A stretch of 55,983 nt of DNA, counting the filler, from Dugesia japonica (Eukaryota), in the NCBI GenBank assembly GCA_001938525.1. It is 4 parts of 4 records of this genome, joined end to end, with 100 filler letters (N's around TTAATTAATTAA, not from the genome) between each part and the next. Parts side by side here need not be neighbours in the genome. Positions count along the whole stretch, not along the records: positions 37,473 to 55,983 come from MQRL01523708.1; 3 more parts are not named here. One strand, written 5' to 3'. The notes beneath the pieces are model-generated. The model was not told the DNA's origin. It saw nothing but the letters and a program-made list of their open reading frames with translations, and made no database searches. Positions within the stretch are counted from its first letter, which is position 1, and the number at the start of each line of letters is the position of its first letter. The position numbers were made by a program, and so were the translations under genes. Positions 51,451 to 55,983 of the stretch are shown here, piece by piece.

Positions 51451-52019
51451 GTTTTTCCTACTCAAAATAAAATAATCTAGTGACTATAATAATTCTCTAT
51501 AGATTAGATACCTCTTTGACCAATTTTGAGATACGTTTTGAATTTTCGAAAAAAGTTACCAAATTTGAGAGGACAGCTGAATATCTTCGTTAGGAAGCAT
51601 TTTTCCCGAGACGATATTTTAATTTTGCATAGTCTTTTTTTCTTCCTGAGTAAAATAATACCAAATTTGAAACCATACGAGTCATGTACGCAGAGAAAAT
51701 TGAGCGCCAAAAATCAAAATTTGAGATTTTTCACAACAAAACCTTATTTATTTCATCCCGGATTTTAGATTTATATATTCGTAATCAGCAAAGAATTCTC
51801 TATCTTATAGACATGGTTACTTTATGTAAAGATAAGAAATAATTTTTTCGAAAAATTGTTTTTTGTGAAAAATAATCTCCATCAAATTCTCGATCGATTG
51901 ATGTTAGTCAAAAATTTTTGAAATTTCTGGATTCACTTAAAAAAATTTTATTTAAAAATTTTTTTAAATTTCATATTATTTAAACAAATTGAGTTGTTCA
52001 CCCGAATTTCCATAAAAAT

Positions 52020-52377
52020 TCCTATAAAAAATTTTCCTAACTAAATACGCATCAAAAATATTGCTGCTTAAAAAGCCTGAAAAATTCTACTGCTTAAAAA
52101 GCCTACAAAAAATTTTCCCAACTAAATACAACTAATCACTTATGTAATAATCTCGCGACGAAATTAATTTTGCACACATAAATTTTGTTCTCGCCTAAAT
52201 ACATAAAAAATACTGGATCACTTACGTAATATTCTCGGACGAGATTAATTACATTATGTAACGCACATAAATGTGTGCCGCCACCTATTTACATTAGAAA
52301 ATACTGGATCACTTATGTAATATTATGATTGCGTCAAAGAGGGTAGGGGTGATCCAGTTCGCTACTATCTATCTACT
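52020..52377. mobile_element. Putative Polinton terminus with repeated TTA(C/T)GTAA sites
   Basis: Repeats aaatactggatcactta(c/t)gtaata; G-rich tract; ends CTACTATCTATCTACT. Confidence 0.55.
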
Positions 52378-53679
52378 TAATAAGAAAAGATTTACTATTA
52401 TGATAAGGAAATAAAACCACTCTAGATAAGAGAGTTCAAATAGGCAAGCTCCACTCAAAGTATATATGATTGCAGCAATGAATAAAAACAAATCAGATAG
52501 CAATATTTATAATAAACATAGTTTTATTTACAAGATAAAAATAAAGAGTTGTCAGAAAAGTATATGCATTTTCATATAAATAGAGTTTGTTCAGAGGTGA
52601 AATCTGATGTTAAAAATTTGGCCATATAAAAATTGTGAAAAGAATTGAGTTGCATGTGTGAACATAAATTAGATTAGAGAGTGTTATACGGATTTAAAAT
52701 TGTGAGAAACATACGAGATATTTTGTTCAACTAGAGGTCTAGAAAACAGTTTAAATAATTACACTCTAGTGTAGACCAAGTATATACAAATGATGTATAC
52801 GAAGAAATGAATGAAAACGATTTCAAAAGTCTGTACTTTAAAAATGTAAAAAATAAGTCATAGAAAAATCCTTCTCAATAGTAATTTTTTTATAATGAAT
52901 TACACAATAATAAAACTAATATTTATGAAAATAATGTGAATGCTTACTACTTCTATGTGCTATTACTAAAATTAAAATAATACTATTTGACACCCTATAG
53001 TTATTAATGTTTTATAATCATTCAAAACTTTTTAAGACTTTGATGAATTGCTCAATATCATAACTTCTGCATAATAATTTAAGCAATGACATATCTGTAA
53101 TAGATTCGGCATTTACAGTTGCCACCATTTTAGGTAAATCTTTAATTGATAATTCATTTTCCTAAACACAATTAATATTTTTAGACATCATTTATTTCAC
53201 TACTAAAATATATAACTGATTAAATAATTATAAAATATTAGAGAGTTTTATTTCCGGATAATATTTTTCTCTAAAGGGTTTTGTATAGCTTCTTCAATTT
53301 TAGATTCTAAGTTCATTGGTCTCATTAATCTCCAAAGTATTTAGGGCTTTTGTCGATTGCTCTCGCTTTTTAATTTATCTTCTAAATCTCGCTTCAATAT
53401 TACAAATGTAATTTTCAACTTTTTCACCACTTTTGCAATCAACCTATCGCATAAGCTATAGTATCCAATAATCTTTTGTTTATCTATTTCTTCTCTCAGA
53501 TATAATATTACTCTTTCATCAACTAAAAAAGTNNNNNNNNNNNNNNNNNNNNNNNNNNNNNNNNNNNNNNNNNNNNNNNNNNTTCGGCATTTACAGTTGC
53601 CACCATTTTAGGTAAATCTTTAATTGATAATTCATTTTCCTAAACACAATTAATATATATATATATTATATATATATAT

Positions 53680-54295
53680 TAAGTGTACAAATATGACTCT
53701 GACATTTTTACATATTCCGATAAAAATTATGTTTGCAATTATAAGTATTTGTATAAAGAAATATCATGTATTAAGTAGTTAAATTATTAATAAACATTAA
53801 CATGTGATATTTGTGTTAGTCCTTGCTGCGTCTTTGATATAAACTCTTTATTGATATAATAATATATCAATTCAATATGACTGCATAGTTTTCTAAAAAG
53901 CAACATTTGCAGGTGATCATATTTCATTATTATATTGCCAAGTAAACCACAGAGGAAATGTACCGCGTGATTCGTAAACATTATGGTGAGTATGCTTCTT
54001 CAGCTACAACATGCAAGGATGGCTTTTGTCGATTACAATGCCGAAGACAAATGACATGGAAAATCACCAAAAGAATTTGAATATTAAAATATTGACAATT
54101 TTACTAGATGAAAACCCATGTCAAACAAACTTGAACTGACTGCTGCATTGAATGTGATTCAAAAATGTATTTCACATCATCTACAATGTATGCGAATAAT
54201 ACGAAAATTTCAGGAATTAAATTCAACATTTATTGACGGAAAGAGACAATTTGCGATGTCGTTCTTTAGAGACGGAAAAGAGACAGTTTTAATTC
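53680..54295 (+). mobile_element. mariner transposon, 5' half remnant (Mos1-like HTH region)
   Basis: KHYGEYASSATTCKDGF...EDK*HGKSPKEFE...LLDENPCQT.LELTAALNVIQKCISHHL; TIR-like aagtgtacaaatatg after a TA tract. Confidence 0.8.
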
Positions 54296-55983
54296 TTTAA
54301 TTTATTTATTAAAAATGTTACTTAAAATATTTTATTTTATTATTTACTTATTTATCTCATTAAATAATTTAATTCTGAAATCTCCAAATAAATCAAAGTC
54401 GAAATCTCAAGAAATTTGTATATGCCATGAATCTTCCTTTACATAAAATATAACAATAAAAAACGTACAATTTTAATTCGTTGTCAAAATTAATTCGGTA
54501 GCCAAAAATAATAATCACTTTGATTAATGTTATTCGGATTTCTGGCAATAATTCTTAAAATCGATAATTCATAAATAGGCATGTCTATATTTATATGAAA
54601 CAAGAAAAAAATCCACTTCAACACATATATTTAACTTTCTATATTTGATTTAATCATTTTTTTTCTTTTCAAACGATAATATTTCGAATATAAAATTAAA
54701 AATATAAAAAATAATATTTTAATTTTACTAAAAAAATCGTTTTTACTGTGAGAGTGGGCTTCAGTTTTTAAACGAAAAAATAAATAATAATAAATTTGAA
54801 AGTAAATAAAGAAACTTTGTTTTGCGAATCATATTTACCCATATATTCCTCATATNTACCTTTTAAATCTCTCATAGATTCTTTGGAACTACTTCATAAA
54901 AATTGAAATAAAAAATATTTTATATTCAATGGAGAGATTCCAAATATGTTAACTTTAAATTTCCAAAATTAAAATAACACAAATGAAAATACATGACGTT
55001 TTATGGTGAAAAAAAATGTCAAAACTCAGAGTTTAGATCTCAGATCTCTGTGCGCTGAGAACTGCTATTGACTCCAATTTGGTATTATTTTACTCAGGAT
55101 AAAAAAGTGACTGTACAAAGTTAAAATATCGTCTCGGGAAAAATGCTTCCTAACGAATATGTACAACCAGCCTCCCGGAATTCGGTGAAGTTGAATGAGG
55201 TCAACGTTTAATTAGTTTTATGTGGTTTTTGTCCACACTTTCGTCAGTGAGGTTGAATAAGGTCAATTTTTTATTGGTTTAGGTGAAATTGGTTAAACGT
55301 TTTCTCGTTGAGGTAGAAAATATTTGGTCAATATTTAAATGGTTTAGAGTAATGTTTATATGATTTGGTCAAATAATTCCTCGGGATTGCTTGGATTGGG
55401 TAATTTTTGGGTGACTTGGTCTAATCTTTCCTCAAGATTAGTCAATTTGGGTTAATTAGGTTAACTTATCTTAGAGTGATTTAGGTGCAATTTGTCGATT
55501 TTTTCCTCGGGAAATTCGATAATTTTAATTTTGGGATGTAATTATTTTAAGTCAATTTTTATCGTATGATTTCAAATTTGATATCGTTGTACTTAGAATG
55601 AAACTTTCTATAAGTAAGTATAATGGTCGCATGACTTTCAATTTCATATAATTTTATATATATATGTGTTTAGGTAAATTTACCATATATAAAATACAAA
55701 ATAACAAAATAAACTTTATACATAAGTAAATTTTACAACAAATACCAGAAAACCTTAATTAAATTCAAATTTATGCTACTTACTACATAAAATATGAAAA
55801 TTACAAACAATAAAAATTGAAATATAAAGACTGGATTTTAATTTCAAAATTTATTTCAATTTAGCTTTTGATAATTTATTGAACAAAATTGAGCTGGATG
55901 GTAATGAATTGGGTGATGATGTCAGACTAAAAATAAATACATTAAATTGTTGAAATAATAATAAATCAAATAATTTTGGCAAT

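Noticed and set aside
53583-53655. Duplication of 53105-53178 (similarly 38275-38470)
   Set aside because: Identical sequence adjacent to N gaps; probable assembly overlap

Overview
Very AT-rich eukaryotic (invertebrate-animal-like) draft assembly. It is split into four segments by artificial 100-bp N44-TTAATTAATTAA-N44 spacers, so adjacency across ~11551, ~22037 and ~37373 is unproven. Most of the window is decayed mobile DNA. Bases ~1.1-9.7 kb hold a nest of Polinton/Maverick (adintovirus-like) remnants: penton N-terminus, major capsid C-terminus, an adenain-like protease interrupted by an apparent 47-nt GT-AG intron, a protein-primed PolB fragment, and several AGTAG-type termini. Other mobile remnants are two Penelope-like elements with GIY-YIG endonuclease, minimal hammerhead ribozyme motifs (two with intact cores), three Tc1/mariner elements, a piggyBac remnant plus a 63-bp palindromic TTAA element, a Ty3/gypsy RT fragment, and a NeSL/Utopia-like non-LTR element with a probable Ulp1-type protease. 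Host genes are two apparently single-exon type I membrane proteins with a possible Ig-like domain (300 and 473 aa), and the 3' exons of a spliced gene encoding a disordered Pro-rich tail ending in a PDZ-binding motif. All family calls come from motifs I translated by eye; no searches were run.
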